The notes under the pieces: generated by a model
The model's input: the letters and a program-made list of their open reading frames with translations, nothing else
What the model was told of the DNA's origin: nothing
The model's database searches: none
Position numbers and translations under genes: made by a program
NCBI GenBank assembly: GCA_963771465.1
Contig: CAVYTU010000017.1
Coordinates: forward strand, 800,001 to 864,000
From: an uncultured delta proteobacterium
GTDB lineage: Bacteria; Desulfobacterota; Binatia; UBA9968
Reading direction: 5' to 3'
Length of the DNA: 64,000 nucleotides
In this document: positions 18,856 through 30,269 of the stretch, piece by piece
How positions within the stretch are numbered: the first letter of the stretch is position 1
Layout of the letters: the number at the start of each line of letters is the position of its first letter

Positions 18856-20586
18856 ATGAAAAGAGTTTTCCTGCCACGCCACTTCCTTGCGTCTGGTTTG
18901 CTACTTCTCATCTTAGCGTCTCTCTATGTTCTCTTCGAAGCCCAGAGGCTCCAGCAAGACCTCTTGCGCCAGACTGAGGACAAGGGGACGGCATTGGCGA
19001 AGGCCATGGAGACCAGTGTTAAAAACGCTATTGTCGGCAACGCTCTATTGGAGGATTTGATCCGGCAGCGTTTGGTGGATAATGCCCAGCTGATCGATCA
19101 ACTGCTGCTCTCTCGTCATGTCGATCAGGCGATGCTTAACGAGATCAGTGCGATGAACCGCCTGCAAAAAATCGATCTTCTCGATGAGCAGGGCCGGCCC
19201 TGGAAACTCGCCGTACTGCCAACAGTGATAGCCCAGAAAAAAGCCCGAGAAGAAACTATTCAGCCGCAGCGCCCGACGATAAGCTACGCGTGGGGAAAGC
19301 GCTGGCGGTTGCCCACGGAAAAAGCCGACGACAAGACCAGCGAACCGCCGCCCCTCATCAAGGGTAAAGAATTCTGGAAAGGCAGTGCCTTCGGCGTCGC
19401 CGTGGGCGCGCGTAGTTTTCCGGGCATGATCGCGATCCACGCCAACGCCGACTATATTTTCAACTTCGAGAAAGCGATCGGAGTGCAAAGTCAGATCGAG
19501 GATCTCGGCCGCCAATCGGACAGTGAGTTTGTGTCTTTTCTCGATAGCGACCTTAACGTCGTAGCGCATACCGACCCGCGTCGTATCGGACAGCAGGAAA
19601 AAGAGCCGCTGGTTTTGAAAGCCAAAGTCGACCGTCAGCTTTTCACTCAGATCATCGACAGCGGCGGGGGTAAACGGTATCTTGAAGTGGTTAAGCCGGT
19701 GGCGCTCGACGAAGCCAATCTGGGATTCCTTAAGATAGGGTTGTCGCTCGGATCGATGGAAGTCGCCTGGCGCAACAGCCTGCGTGCCGTCGTTATTTTG
19801 GGAATCGCTATTTTAGCCGCGGGCATTCTGGGAATGGCGGCGATTTTCCATAACCAGCACTCGCATCTGCAAGAGGTCAAAGCCCTGGAGGCTGAAGTGT
19901 TACACAGAGAGCGTCTGTCAGCGCTCGGAAACCTGGCGGCGACCGTCGCCCATGAGGTGCGCAATCCGCTCAATGCTATTTCAATGGGACTGCAGCGTCT
20001 CAAGATGGAGTTTCAGCCCGCTGAGGATCGCGATCAATACTCTCACCTAACCGAGTTGTTGCTCGGGGAAGCGCGCCGCATCAACTCCATCGTCGAGCAA
20101 TTCCTTTCGCTGGCGCGTCCCATCGAGATCAAAGCCGAAGCGTTGCCGCTGCAAGAAATCCTAAAAGAGCTAGCCGCGTTACAAGAGAGCCACGCTAAAC
20201 AATCGAACGTGCGGATCCAAGTGATCACCGCGCCGAATCTGCCGCCGCTTACGGCCGACCCCAGTCATCTTACCCAAGTCTTGTTGAACCTCATGCTCAA
20301 TGGTTTGCAGGCGATGCCGCACGGCGGAACATTGACACTGGAGGCGAAAACGTCGAACGGCAATTTTCTCATCGCCGTGACTGATACCGGAAGCGGGATC
20401 GACGCGGAAAACCTGCGGCGAATTTTTGAGCCCTACTTCACGACCAAGACCAAGGGCACCGGTCTGGGGCTGGCGATCTCACGCAGGATTATCGAATCTC
20501 ACGGCGGAACGATTACTGTTAGCAGTGAAGTGGGCCAAGGGTCGCGCTTCGAGATTTCCTTGCCGCTCAACGGTGCGGAGGTGTAA
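18856..20586 (+). CDS. Membrane sensor histidine kinase (NtrB/ZraS type)
   Basis: Two TMs; AHEVRNPLN H-box; N, G1, F and G2 boxes. Confidence 0.92.
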   Translation: MKRVFLPRHFLASGLLLLILASLYVLFEAQRLQQDLLRQTEDKGTALAKAMETSVKNAIVGNALLEDLIRQRLVDNAQLIDQLLLSRHVDQAMLNEISAMNRLQKIDLLDEQGRPWKLAVLPTVIAQKKAREETIQPQRPTISYAWGKRWRLPTEKADDKTSEPPPLIKGKEFWKGSAFGVAVGARSFPGMIAIHANADYIFNFEKAIGVQSQIEDLGRQSDSEFVSFLDSDLNVVAHTDPRRIGQQEKEPLVLKAKVDRQLFTQIIDSGGGKRYLEVVKPVALDEANLGFLKIGLSLGSMEVAWRNSLRAVVILGIAILAAGILGMAAIFHNQHSHLQEVKALEAEVLHRERLSALGNLAATVAHEVRNPLNAISMGLQRLKMEFQPAEDRDQYSHLTELLLGEARRINSIVEQFLSLARPIEIKAEALPLQEILKELAALQESHAKQSNVRIQVITAPNLPPLTADPSHLTQVLLNLMLNGLQAMPHGGTLTLEAKTSNGNFLIAVTDTGSGIDAENLRRIFEPYFTTKTKGTGLGLAISRRIIESHGGTITVSSEVGQGSRFEISLPLNGAEV

Positions 20587-22010
20587 ATGCCCAATCGTTT
20601 TCATATTCTGGTAGTCGACGACGAACCGGTGCAGCGCGAGTTGGTTGGCGGCTTTCTCAAGAAACAAGGCTTTGAAGTGATGCTCGCCGATAGCGCTGAG
20701 AGAGCCTTGGAACTGTTTCGTCAGGACGTCTTCGATTTGGTTCTCACCGATCAAAAGATGGCTAACATGTCGGGCCTGGAACTTTTGCAGGCCGTGCACG
20801 CCATCAATCCTGAAACGCCGGTCATTTTGATTACCGCTTTCGGCACTGTCGAAACGGCCGTCGCCGCCCTCAAGCAAGGCGCTCTCGATTACCTGACCAA
20901 GCCGGTGAATTTGGAGGAGCTGCTTTACCGTATTCAACAGGTGAGCGATCACTATCGAATCATCAACGAGAATCGCGAGCTGCGCGAAGTCTTACAGGAA
21001 CGCCATCGCATCGAAGGAATCATCGGCGAGAGCGGGCCAGATGCTGGAAGTCCTTTCCTTGGTGCGCCGCGTGGCTCCGAGTGAAGCGACGGTGTTGATT
21101 CGCGGCGAGAGCGGCACGGGAAAAGAGCTGATTGCCCAAGCGATTCATTTTGCCAGCCCAAGAGCGCGCGGTCCGCTCGTCAAGGTCAACTGCGCGGCGC
21201 TTCCCGAAGCGCTTCTCGAATCGGAATTGTTCGGCCATGAAAAAGGCGCTTTTACCGGCGCGCATCACTTCGCGCCAAGGGCGTTTTGAGTTGGCCAATG
21301 GCGGAACTATATTTCTCGACGAAATCGGCGACCTTCCTTTGCACCTGCAGGCAAAACTCTTGCGCGTGCTGCAGGAGCGGGAATACGAGAAGGTCGGCTC
21401 CAGCCGTTCGGTCAAGGTCAACGTCAGAATTCTGGCTGCCAGCCACAGACCACTCGAGGATCTCATCAAAGCGGGACAGTTGCGGGAGGATCTCTACTAC
21501 CGGCTTAACGTCGTCACGATTCTCATTCCACCGCTGCGTGAGAGACGCTCGGATCTTTCGCTGCTGATCGATCACTTCCTGCGGCGCTTCGCAGCGAAGA
21601 ACGGCAAGACGATCCGCGGTCTAACCCATGAAGCGCGGGATATTCTTTTACGCTACGACTATCCGGGCAACGTGCGGGAGCTGGAAAATCTTATTGAGCG
21701 GGCCGTGGTTCTTACCCGAGACGAAGTCATCGGCAGCGGTGATTTACCTTTGACTGTCCATGACTCCGAGGCAGAGGACGAGCAAGGAACGAACCTAACG
21801 GTTGCGGTGGAAGCGCTGGAGCGCCGTATGATCAGGGACGCTCTGGCCCGATCCGATGGCGTCCAAACCCGCGCCGCGGAACTGCTCGGAATCAGTGAAC
21901 GGGCGCTGCGGTACAAACTAACTAAATACGGTTTTAGGGAGGAAGCTTCAGATCCTGATTCCGATCTTAAAGTTCAATCTCCAGGGGAAGATGCTGAACC
22001 ACACGATTAA
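20587..22010 (+). CDS. Sigma-54-dependent response regulator (REC-AAA+-HTH; frameshifts near 21040 and 21262)
   Basis: REC domain; GESGTGKE; [15 protein letters not shown]; [10 protein letters not shown]; Fis-type [21 protein letters not shown]. Confidence 0.9.
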
Positions 22011-22539
22011 TTAATCAAACCTGAGGGCAACCCAATTTCTAAAACACCAGAAATCTGACAGGAATGTATGGGCAAGATTTAGTTCTGGATGGCAAACTAT
22101 GTTGAGCGCTACGATTGGTGCGCAGGAGATTTACCTCTTGACCTTGGGATTCTCCAAAAAAGTTGAGACTCATATTCACGCGCTGGCGCTTACGCTTTCC
22201 ATTACAACTCTTGCAAGATTCACGAGACTTTGAGAGTAACCCAGCGCTGACTACGATTTGTTCTTTACTCGCAAATGCAGTCACTTGATTTGTGGGCCGT
22301 TAAAGCTACTACCCCGGTGAGTTTTCCGATCTTCGGGATACGGTTCAAACTCTTTCAACCGTCCCGACCTGAATCAGCGTTTTAACTGCATCTGGTCAAA
22401 ATGAGCCGGTCATCGCCGCCAAGGAAGAGAGGCCATGGAGTTGGTAGGATTCTACTTCTACATAACGATAATTTCGGACAAATTGAACCAATGGGAGTGG
22501 AAAACCGTATCTAATCCAGAGTTTTTTAATCGAATCTCG

Positions 22540-22555
22540 TGGCATGGTGTTTGCC
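22540..22555 (+). promoter_or_regulatory. Sigma-54 -24/-12 promoter
   Basis: TGGCATggtgtTTGCC, about 70 bp upstream of the 22625 start. Confidence 0.6.
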
Positions 22556-22624
22556 ATTTATAGAAAGAGTTGAAGCGACATTCGCCGTGAAAAGGGGACC
22601 AGATCATGTTAACGAGGTTAGCCA

Positions 22625-22984
22625 ATGATTCTATTCGTTGACGATAATGCAGAGAGCCGACAGGCGTTCGCCACGATCATTCAACTTCATGGACATGAGG
22701 TTATGGAAGCGGCTAACGCCACTGAAGCATTAAAAATTCTGGATAGCTTTCATTTGGAGCTTGTGATCACCGATTTCGTCATGCCCAATGTGAACGGCTT
22801 TCAGCTTACCGCGCACATTCGGCAAAAATGGCCAGATATGCCGATACTCTTGATGTCAGGACACCTTTCACCGGAGATGGCCGATATCATTTCCGGATGG
22901 AGTGGAGTGGAATTTATTCCCAAGCCTATAAATGCACCGGCGTTTCTAGCGACAGTTGATAGGCTCGCTGGTAAATCAAACTAA
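22625..22984 (+). CDS. Single-domain response regulator (CheY-like)
   Basis: ILFVDD, TDFVMP..NG, MSG, FIPKP. Confidence 0.9.
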   Translation: MILFVDDNAESRQAFATIIQLHGHEVMEAANATEALKILDSFHLELVITDFVMPNVNGFQLTAHIRQKWPDMPILLMSGHLSPEMADIISGWSGVEFIPKPINAPAFLATVDRLAGKSN

Positions 22985-23439
22985 ATATTCCCGAAGGATT
23001 TCCCGCGCCTCTTTTATCCTCTCGCAATCCGACGAAACTGCATGTCGCAAATGTTGATCAGCTATCCATTCAGTGAACTCTATCTGGGCGACAAGCCGTG
23101 GCTTAGCCATTGGCAGTTTTACATTCGTCTGCGTCAGTCGCCTCTAGCTCTAATTAGAGGTGTTACGAGGCGTTGATTGGGTTACTATATCGTTTGCTCT
23201 GGTGGCGCCGGGGCAATGAATTTATGACCCGGTTTCCTGATATCGCTGGAACTTGGCCGCGAGGCAACGGTAGCCGTAAGCTTTGCCTCGCAGGTTCGGA
23301 TCGCTGGGAAACCTAGAAAGTTCTTTCGTGAGCATGGTGAAGGAATCAGATTAGCGGCGCGAGTGGGCATCTTAGTGCGGAATGGTTGCAGGGTGCTCGT
23401 CTGTTGACAGTGGTGTTCGTGCTTTACTAATTTGGTGCC

Positions 23440-23580
23440 GTGGAAGTTACGATTCTGATGTCGTTGCCCGTCTTCGACGGCTTTATGGATAGGTGCGACA
23501 AGGACTCACGGGAATTTGCTATCCTCAAAAACGGCGTGAGCGCCGCACAGGGCCGCGGATATTTTCCATCAGTTCTTTAG
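23440..23580 (+). CDS. Possible short hypothetical protein or remnant (46 aa)
   Basis: VEVTILMSLPVFDGFMDRCDKDSREFAILKNG...; weak support. Confidence 0.25.
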   Translation: MEVTILMSLPVFDGFMDRCDKDSREFAILKNGVSAAQGRGYFPSVL

Positions 23581-23655
23581 ATTGCTCACGATTGTCATCC
23601 ATGACGTGAGTTCCAATCTTACTGGACTAACAACAGTCATCCCTCGCGCTCAGCT

Positions 23656-25737
23656 TCAGTGCTTTGTTATCTGACCTGCCCGCTCGGAGAGGGATGCAAG
23701 CAAGTTCATGAGTTCGGCGTGGTCCACCGGCTTGACGATATGGCCGTTGAATCCGGCGTCGCGGGATTTTTGCCGGTCTTCATCCTGACCCCATCCCGTC
23801 ACGGCTATCAGCACCATGCTCTTACCCCATGACTGGTCTCGTATCTTGCGGGCCGCTTCGTAGCCGTTCAATTTCGGCAGGCCGATGTCGAGCAAGACCA
23901 CTTCTGGCTGGAACGTCGCCGCCGCTTCAACTGCCGCGACGCCGTCGTGGGCGGTGCATGTCTCGTTCCCGGTCATTTGCAACAATTTCGCCAGAGACAC
24001 TGCCGAGACCCGGTTGTCATCGACAACGAGGATGCGTCGGCTGGTCGTGGTCGTCGCTTCACCGGTAGTTGGCTCTGACAGCGACGGTTTCGACGTTTCG
24101 ATCACGATCGGCAGCCGCACGACGAACTCACTACCCTGTCCAAGTCCGGCACTCTGTACTTCCACGGTGCCGCCGTGCATCTCCGCCAAGGTCTTCACCA
24201 GCGTCAGGCCGATGCCCAGACCGCTCACCGAACGCTCCAGCGAAGTATCGACCTGCGCGAACATTTCAAAAATGTGGAGCAGCTGGTCGGCGGCGATGCC
24301 GATGCCGTTGTCCCGTACTCGGATAACGGCCTGCGCGCCTTCGCGCTCGACGGTCAACCCAACGCGACCGCCTTTGTCGGTAAACTTGCAGGCGTTATTG
24401 AGCAGATTGCCGACCAACTGAGTCAACCGGGCCGGGTCGGCGTTCAAGTAGATCGGTTGCGCCGGTAGCGTCACCGTCAGTACACGCTCCATGTTGTCGT
24501 AGTGCGGCTGGGCGGCGACGACAGCGTGATGGATACTGGAGGCCAGTTCGACCCGCCCCCGACGGAGTTCGATCTTGCCCCGGCTTATGCGGCTCACATC
24601 GAGCAGGTCGTCCACCAAGCGGACCAACTGGCCGACCTGGCCCTCGATCATGTCGGCCGCCGCTTGGATGTCCTTCGCTCTTTTCCGTGTGCCGCAGGAT
24701 TTGCACGACAGTTGCCAATTGGCGCCAGGGGATTGCGGAGTTCGTGGGCTAGCATCGCCAAGAACTCGTTCTTGTGGCGGTCGGACTCGGCCAACTCGGC
24801 GGCATGTCGTCGCAACGAAGTGGACAACCGCATGCGCTCGGAGATGTCTATACTATAGCAGACCACGCCGTATCGCCCATCGGGCAGGGAAATGCGATGG
24901 AGCTGCCAGTCGTAGTATTCAAACTTCTTGCGGTCAGCGCGTTCCTCGGAGAATTCAGGGGCGTGGTATGGCTCACCGGTTTCGAGGGTTTGCCGGAAAT
25001 GAGTCACGATCTCGTCGGCGGTTTTGGGCGACCACAGGATGTGCATGACCTCGACAAAGTCCCTACCGATCAACTCTCCGATGTCGCCAAAGGTCGGACG
25101 GGCCGTCCGGCTCACCATCCGGATGCGGAGGTCGGCGTCCACCAGGTACATGCCGACCGGAGAGGCGTCAAAGAGGGCCTCGAACCGAGTGTGGCTGTCG
25201 CGCAGCGCGGCTTCGGCGCGCTTGCGCTCGGTGATGTCGTAAAAGCAATTGATTGCTCCGGTGATTTCTCCTCGTTCGTTCTTCAGCGGACGGATATTGA
25301 CGATGACGGTAACCCGTGAGCCGTCGGGTCGCTCGATGATCACTTCCGCGTCACGTGCGCCATGCTATTTTGCCGCTCAACACCTCGGCCATGGGACACT
25401 GCTCGTGGGGCAGAAACTGCCGTCCGGACGTAACATCTTGAACGAGCCGCAAAACCGCTCGTCGGTATCTCCCAGCGCCGGGGCGCGGCCCCATAATTCC
25501 GCCGCGCGCCGGTTGAACTCCTGGATCACGCCCGAGGCATCGCAGGAATAGATGGCCACCGGACCCAAGTCGAACAAGATGCGATAGCGTTCTTTGGTCT
25601 CGCGCAGCGCAGCCTCGGACATTCTTGAGCCTGCTCGGTCAACTCGTGCTGGTGGACCGAGGAGACCAGCAGCGCCTCGTTCATATCGCGCAGTTGCTGT
25701 TCCGTTGTCATTGGGGGGGCGTGGCGGTGCTTTTCAT
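23656..25737 (-). CDS. PAS-PAS hybrid histidine kinase/response regulator (several frameshifts)
   Basis: PAS motifs; FLAMLAHELRNPLAPI; NNACKFT; GLGIGL; REC LLDIGLPKLNG. Spread over ORFs 25526-25825, 25377-25622, 24648-25343 and 23656-24651. Confidence 0.85.
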
Positions 25738-27334
25738 TTCGTTTTTCCTCCGGGCTTTTCAATCTTGCGCGGGCGGCGCCGAGAATTTTTCCGGGCAGGC
25801 CGGTCGGTTTTCGCGTCGGGAACATTCTTCCCTGACTCCAACGACCACGGGCCGGGGATGCCGCTGGTCAGGGCGCGGTAGCCGCGCATCGGCTCGCCGA
25901 TGACCAGGCCCTTGGCGGTGACCTCGTAGGCGCACATGTCGATCGAGTGCTGGCTGCGGCGCATCTTCACCACCATCAGCATCTTGCGCAATTGGCCGTT
26001 GATCGAGACGTAGCGCAGGCGCACGATGTCGTCGGCGAGGAACGAGACGGTGAAGTTGCTCAGGCCCATCGAGGTGAAGTTCTCCTCGACCTCGACGGTG
26101 CTGACGATGGTCACGCCCAGCCGGGTGAGCGCCGCCGATCATCCGGTAAAGCGATTCGCGAAAATCGGTGCGGAAGCCGGGGGCCAGCGCCATCTCGAAG
26201 CCGACCAGCGAGTCGATGACCAGCCGCTTGCAGCCGATTTCTTTGACCGCGTTGACGATCTCGTGCACCGTCTCATCCACGGAGAGGTCCAGCGGCCGCA
26301 GGTAGATGAGCTTGAGCGTGCCGTCTTTCGGGGTCTTGTCGAAGTCGAAGCCGAACATGGCGGCCCGCTGCATGTACTCGGCGGGCAGCTCCTCGAAGAT
26401 GGCGACGATGCCCGGCTCGCCGCTGCCGCAGACCCTCGGCGATGAACTGGATGCCGAGCATGGACTTGCCCGATCCGGAGGGTCCGGCCACGAGCAGGCT
26501 GTCGCCTTCGGGGATGCCGCCGCCCATGCATCGCGTCGAGTTCGCGGATGCCGGTGGAAAGACGCCGCCGGCCCTTGACGTGGTCTGATTTGTTCGGTGA
26601 GGCCGAAGGTGCGCGGGAAGGTTTGCAGGCCATGCGTCGGTGATGCGGAAGGTGTGCAGGCCGGGCACGGACTCCTGGCCGCGCAGCTTCATGACCTGCA
26701 GCTTGCGCACGATCGAGTTGCGCTCGACGCTCTGGTAGAGCCAGAACAGCCCGTCGGCCACGGTGAAGACCGGGTTGTCGCGCAGCTCGCCTTCGACGTA
26801 CTCGCCGATCAGGAACGTGGTGGCCTGCCAACTGGTCAGGTGCAGCGCCAGGCGCTGGACGAAGCCCTGGAGCTCCATTTCGCTCGCGTCTGGTTCGAGC
26901 GCCTTGCGCACCACGGTGCGGAACGAATCCACCACGACGATCTCGCGCTTGGACGCCTCGACCTCCTTGATGATCGCATCGAGGACCGCGCCGAGGTCCT
27001 GTTCCAGAACGATCTGGCTGAGGTTGACGAAGCGGATCGCTCGCCGTCCATCTTGGCGTGGTCGAAGAACGTGAACTGCTGCTGGTAGCGCAGCATCTTG
27101 ATGGCCGGCTCGCCCAGCACGGTGAAGTACAGCGCCGGCCGCTCTGGGGTGGCGTTGGCGAACATGATCTGATGCGCCAGCGTGGTCTTGCCGCATCCGG
27201 GAGCGCCGGCGATGATGTTGAAGGAGTACTCGGGCAGGCCGCCGCCGAGGATCTCATCGAGGCCCGGCACGCCGGTGGGCAGTTGCCGAATGATCACTCG
27301 ACCTTGTCGCTTGATCTTGTTCTGGCGTGCTCAT
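25734..27334 (-). CDS. KaiC-like double-domain RecA ATPase (several frameshifts)
   Basis: TGVPGLDEILGGG..GAPGCGKT; KLRG; second Walker A GPSGSGKS; RLVIDSL; KMRRS. Confidence 0.85.
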
Positions 27335-27358
27335 GAAGTAGCCTCGATTCTCTTAATG

Positions 27359-27770
27359 TTATTCGTCCAACGATGCGTCGGGCCAAGCCTCGCGCACCAA
27401 GCGCAGCGTGAGGGGTTCGCCGATGAAAGTCACCAGCAGCCCGAGCAGATGGGCGATGATCGCGACTGCCGCCTCGGGTCCAGCGTTCGTCGCATCAGCT
27501 GCGAGCAGTTCAAGTCCTTCCACGGAGCAGTCGGGCTTGAGCTTGACGGTTGCAGCGAAGGGACTTCCGCGCGGGCCAGAGCCAGCGCCCGCCGCAGGAG
27601 CGACGTGAAGCCGTCTGCGCCGGCGAATCGCGTCAGCGAGATGCGCAGCTTCTCACAGACCCGCACCGCTGCTTCATGCACGTGCGACCGGTGGCGCTCT
27701 GGCTCGCTGCTTCCACAGCCAGCAATCGCCGGGCCAGGTCTCTCATCGATGTAGATGACCCATCCATCAT
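27359..27770 (-). CDS. Small hypothetical protein upstream of the KaiC-like ATPase (frameshifted)
   Basis: RDLARRLLAVE...VCEKLRISLTRFAGADGF..LLRRAL...LLVTFIGEPLTLRLVREAWP. Confidence 0.7.
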
Positions 27771-27990
27771 CCAATGGTGTATCAAATCGATTCAAACATT
27801 GCGATTCTTTTAATGGTCAGAAATCGGACACATTTGTATCCGTCTCAGATCGCGAGAACGGACTGAACCGCTTCGACAACCAGAAGCAGAAGGGCTGAAT
27901 CCTAAAAAATAGAAATGTCAGCTTTCTGACAGCTTCGTGTCCCAATTCTGATATAAACGGCAGACATCTTGATGCGGCACAGAGAACTTA

Positions 27991-28242
27991 ATGCAACTAA
28001 AGGACCTTCCTGACTGGTCTAAACGTTTTGGGTCACTTGAGCTTTCCGATTCCATCGTTTTAAGAAGTGCAGAATCTTCGCCGTTGGGCCACTTCGCAAT
28101 GCTTGTTATTGAATCCAAAGGAGTCCAGACACTTACATTACTCGAGGTGGGTTCCGGTAATATTAAAAAAGTTCTTTCCGTGCTTAAGGTTCATATTGGA
28201 CGACCCCTCCATGAAATCGCGCAACTCGAAATAGGCGTCTAA
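27991..28242 (+). CDS. Hypothetical protein
   Basis: 83-aa ORF in an AT-richer segment. Confidence 0.45.
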   Translation: MQLKDLPDWSKRFGSLELSDSIVLRSAESSPLGHFAMLVIESKGVQTLTLLEVGSGNIKKVLSVLKVHIGRPLHEIAQLEIGV

Positions 28243-28246
28243 TTAG

Positions 28247-28270
28247 ATAATCAGGGACATCATACTTATG
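28247..28270 (+). repeat. Direct repeat copy 1 (23/24 identical to 31297-31320)
   Basis: ATAATCAGGGACATCATACTTATG. Confidence 0.8.
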
Positions 28271-28964
28271 GCCGACATTCATGCTAAAGCTCTACAGCAA
28301 CTAAAAGACCTGGCTTCATATCCGTTACCCCAGTTGGAGAAGCTCGCGGCCAATCTGTCGATAAGACAATTGAAGAAAAATAAAATTATCTTCGAGCAGG
28401 ACGAGGACGCAACGCTCGTTTATCTACTCCTATCAGGGGTCGTTAAGTTTTCTTACCTGCACAGCGATGAAAAACAAACTATAGTCAGTCTCCATTCCAG
28501 CGGGCGAGTTTTTCGGCCTCGATTCGCTGATGCCGCAAATGAAGCATCCTTTCAGATGCGAAGCGTTCGAAAACTGTACGGTAGGGGTTATTAAGCCGCA
28601 AACCTTGATTGAAATACTCTTGGGGATATCCTATGAATCTTTCCTTCGGTGGCACGCCGCGACAGCGGATGGCAGCCGAAAAATCTACGTCCATTGCATC
28701 AAAGGCATTGGACTTGACCTTCGTAAACGGCTCGCTCTCGAACTCATGAATTTGGCTGATCGTTTCGGTACGACCGACGCTCGCGGGATCGTTATCGACG
28801 TAAATATCAGTCATGAAGACCTTGCCGGTATCGTCGGAGCGTCGCGCCAGCAGGTCACGGAACATTTAAATCAATTTGATCGTGAGAAGTGTATTTCAAG
28901 AGATGGACGCCGGATCATAATAAACGCGCCAAAACTTCGCCGGATCATCGAGCTCGGGGACTAG
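28268..28964 (+). CDS. Crp/Fnr family regulator (frameshift near 28500)
   Basis: IIFEQDE..VYLLLSGVVK; ISHEDLAGIVGASRQQVT. Confidence 0.85.
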
Positions 28965-29203
28965 TAAAGAGCGTGAGCTTTAGTCTAACTCGTTCGCGGT
29001 GGTATTTTATTATAAGACTCTTGCCCGTCTGATTAACGTTTCCCTTTAATCTCGCTTTGACTTCGCCTTCACTCCGACGCCGCTAGCCTTGCGCAGCAAC
29101 ATTGTCGCTGCTTGAATTTCCCACAGTCGACATTTTCGGCTCGACATTTCTGGGGTTTTCTCGGGATGAGTTCTATCGTATATAGTCGTGCCGAGGTCGT
29201 GGC

Positions 29204-30242
29204 ATGAAGATCGCTCAGATTACTAGCGTTTACATCTCCGTTCCGCCCAAGACCCATGGAGGAACGGAGCGTATCGTCTATCATCTTTGCCAGCAGCTCA
29301 GCCGGCGCGGACATCAGGTGGAACTTTTCGCTTCGGGGGACTCGAAGGTTGACTGCACTCTCCAGTCTGTCTTGCCCATCGCTTGCCAGGATGATCCCCA
29401 GTCGACCTTTTATCTTGAAAAGGAGTTTGAGGCGCGACACACCTATCACCTCTATCGCCAGGCCGAACGTTTCGACCTAATTCATGCTCACTGGCCTACG
29501 CTGTCTCCCTATTTTTCCATTTTTACCACAACGCCGACGTTGGTCACTTACGGTTATATAGAAAAAGAACTCCACGAATATTATCGCTCACACTTCCCGC
29601 AGTGCCTGCCGGTATGTGTAAGTGAGGCTCAAAGAAAAATGTTGGGGGACGAATCGATCCCGGTTGTTTATAACGGAATCGATTTGGACGAGATACTTTT
29701 TAACGATAAACCGGAAGATTTCTTCATCATCGTCGGCCGCATGACGCCGGGAAAGGGGATTGCCGAGGCGATCCGCATTGCTAAGAAGGCTGGTGTGAGG
29801 CTGCTCATCGTCGGCCATGTCACCACTCACCTGCCGTGGAGCGAGGAGTACTTTCTCAAGGAGGTGAAGCCGCATATTGACGGCGATAAGATCCGCTACA
29901 TCGAAAAGTTGCCTTATCACGAGATCGTTCAACTGATGGGCAAGGCCAAAGGATTTCTTTTCCCGCTGCAGTGGGATGAGCCGTTCGGCATGGTCGTAAT
30001 CGAAGCCATGGCCGCGGGAACTCCGGTGGTGGCCTACCGGCGTGGCTCCATGCCTGAGTTGATCAAGCACGGCGAGACCGGTTATTTGCTCGACATGGAA
30101 GGATGAGATGGTCGAGATGATCGATCGAATCGGGACGCTGGATCGCGCGCGCTGCAGGGAGTGGGTCGAGGAAAGTTTCTCTGTGGAGCGCATGGTCGAT
30201 GGCTATGAGGCGCTCTATCAAATGGCCGCGAGCGGGCGTTGA
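29204..30242 (+). CDS. Glycosyltransferase family 4 (frameshift near 30100)
   Basis: VPPKTHGGTE; WDEPFGMVVIEAMAAGTPV; C-terminus continues in another frame to TGA at 30242. Confidence 0.88.
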
Positions 30243-30269
30243 ACCGAAACGTGAGGTCAACGGCAAGCA

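Noticed and set aside
30095-30110. TGA ending the GT4 ORF as possible selenocysteine
   Set aside because: The protein continues in a different frame, and the position is not a catalytic Cys.
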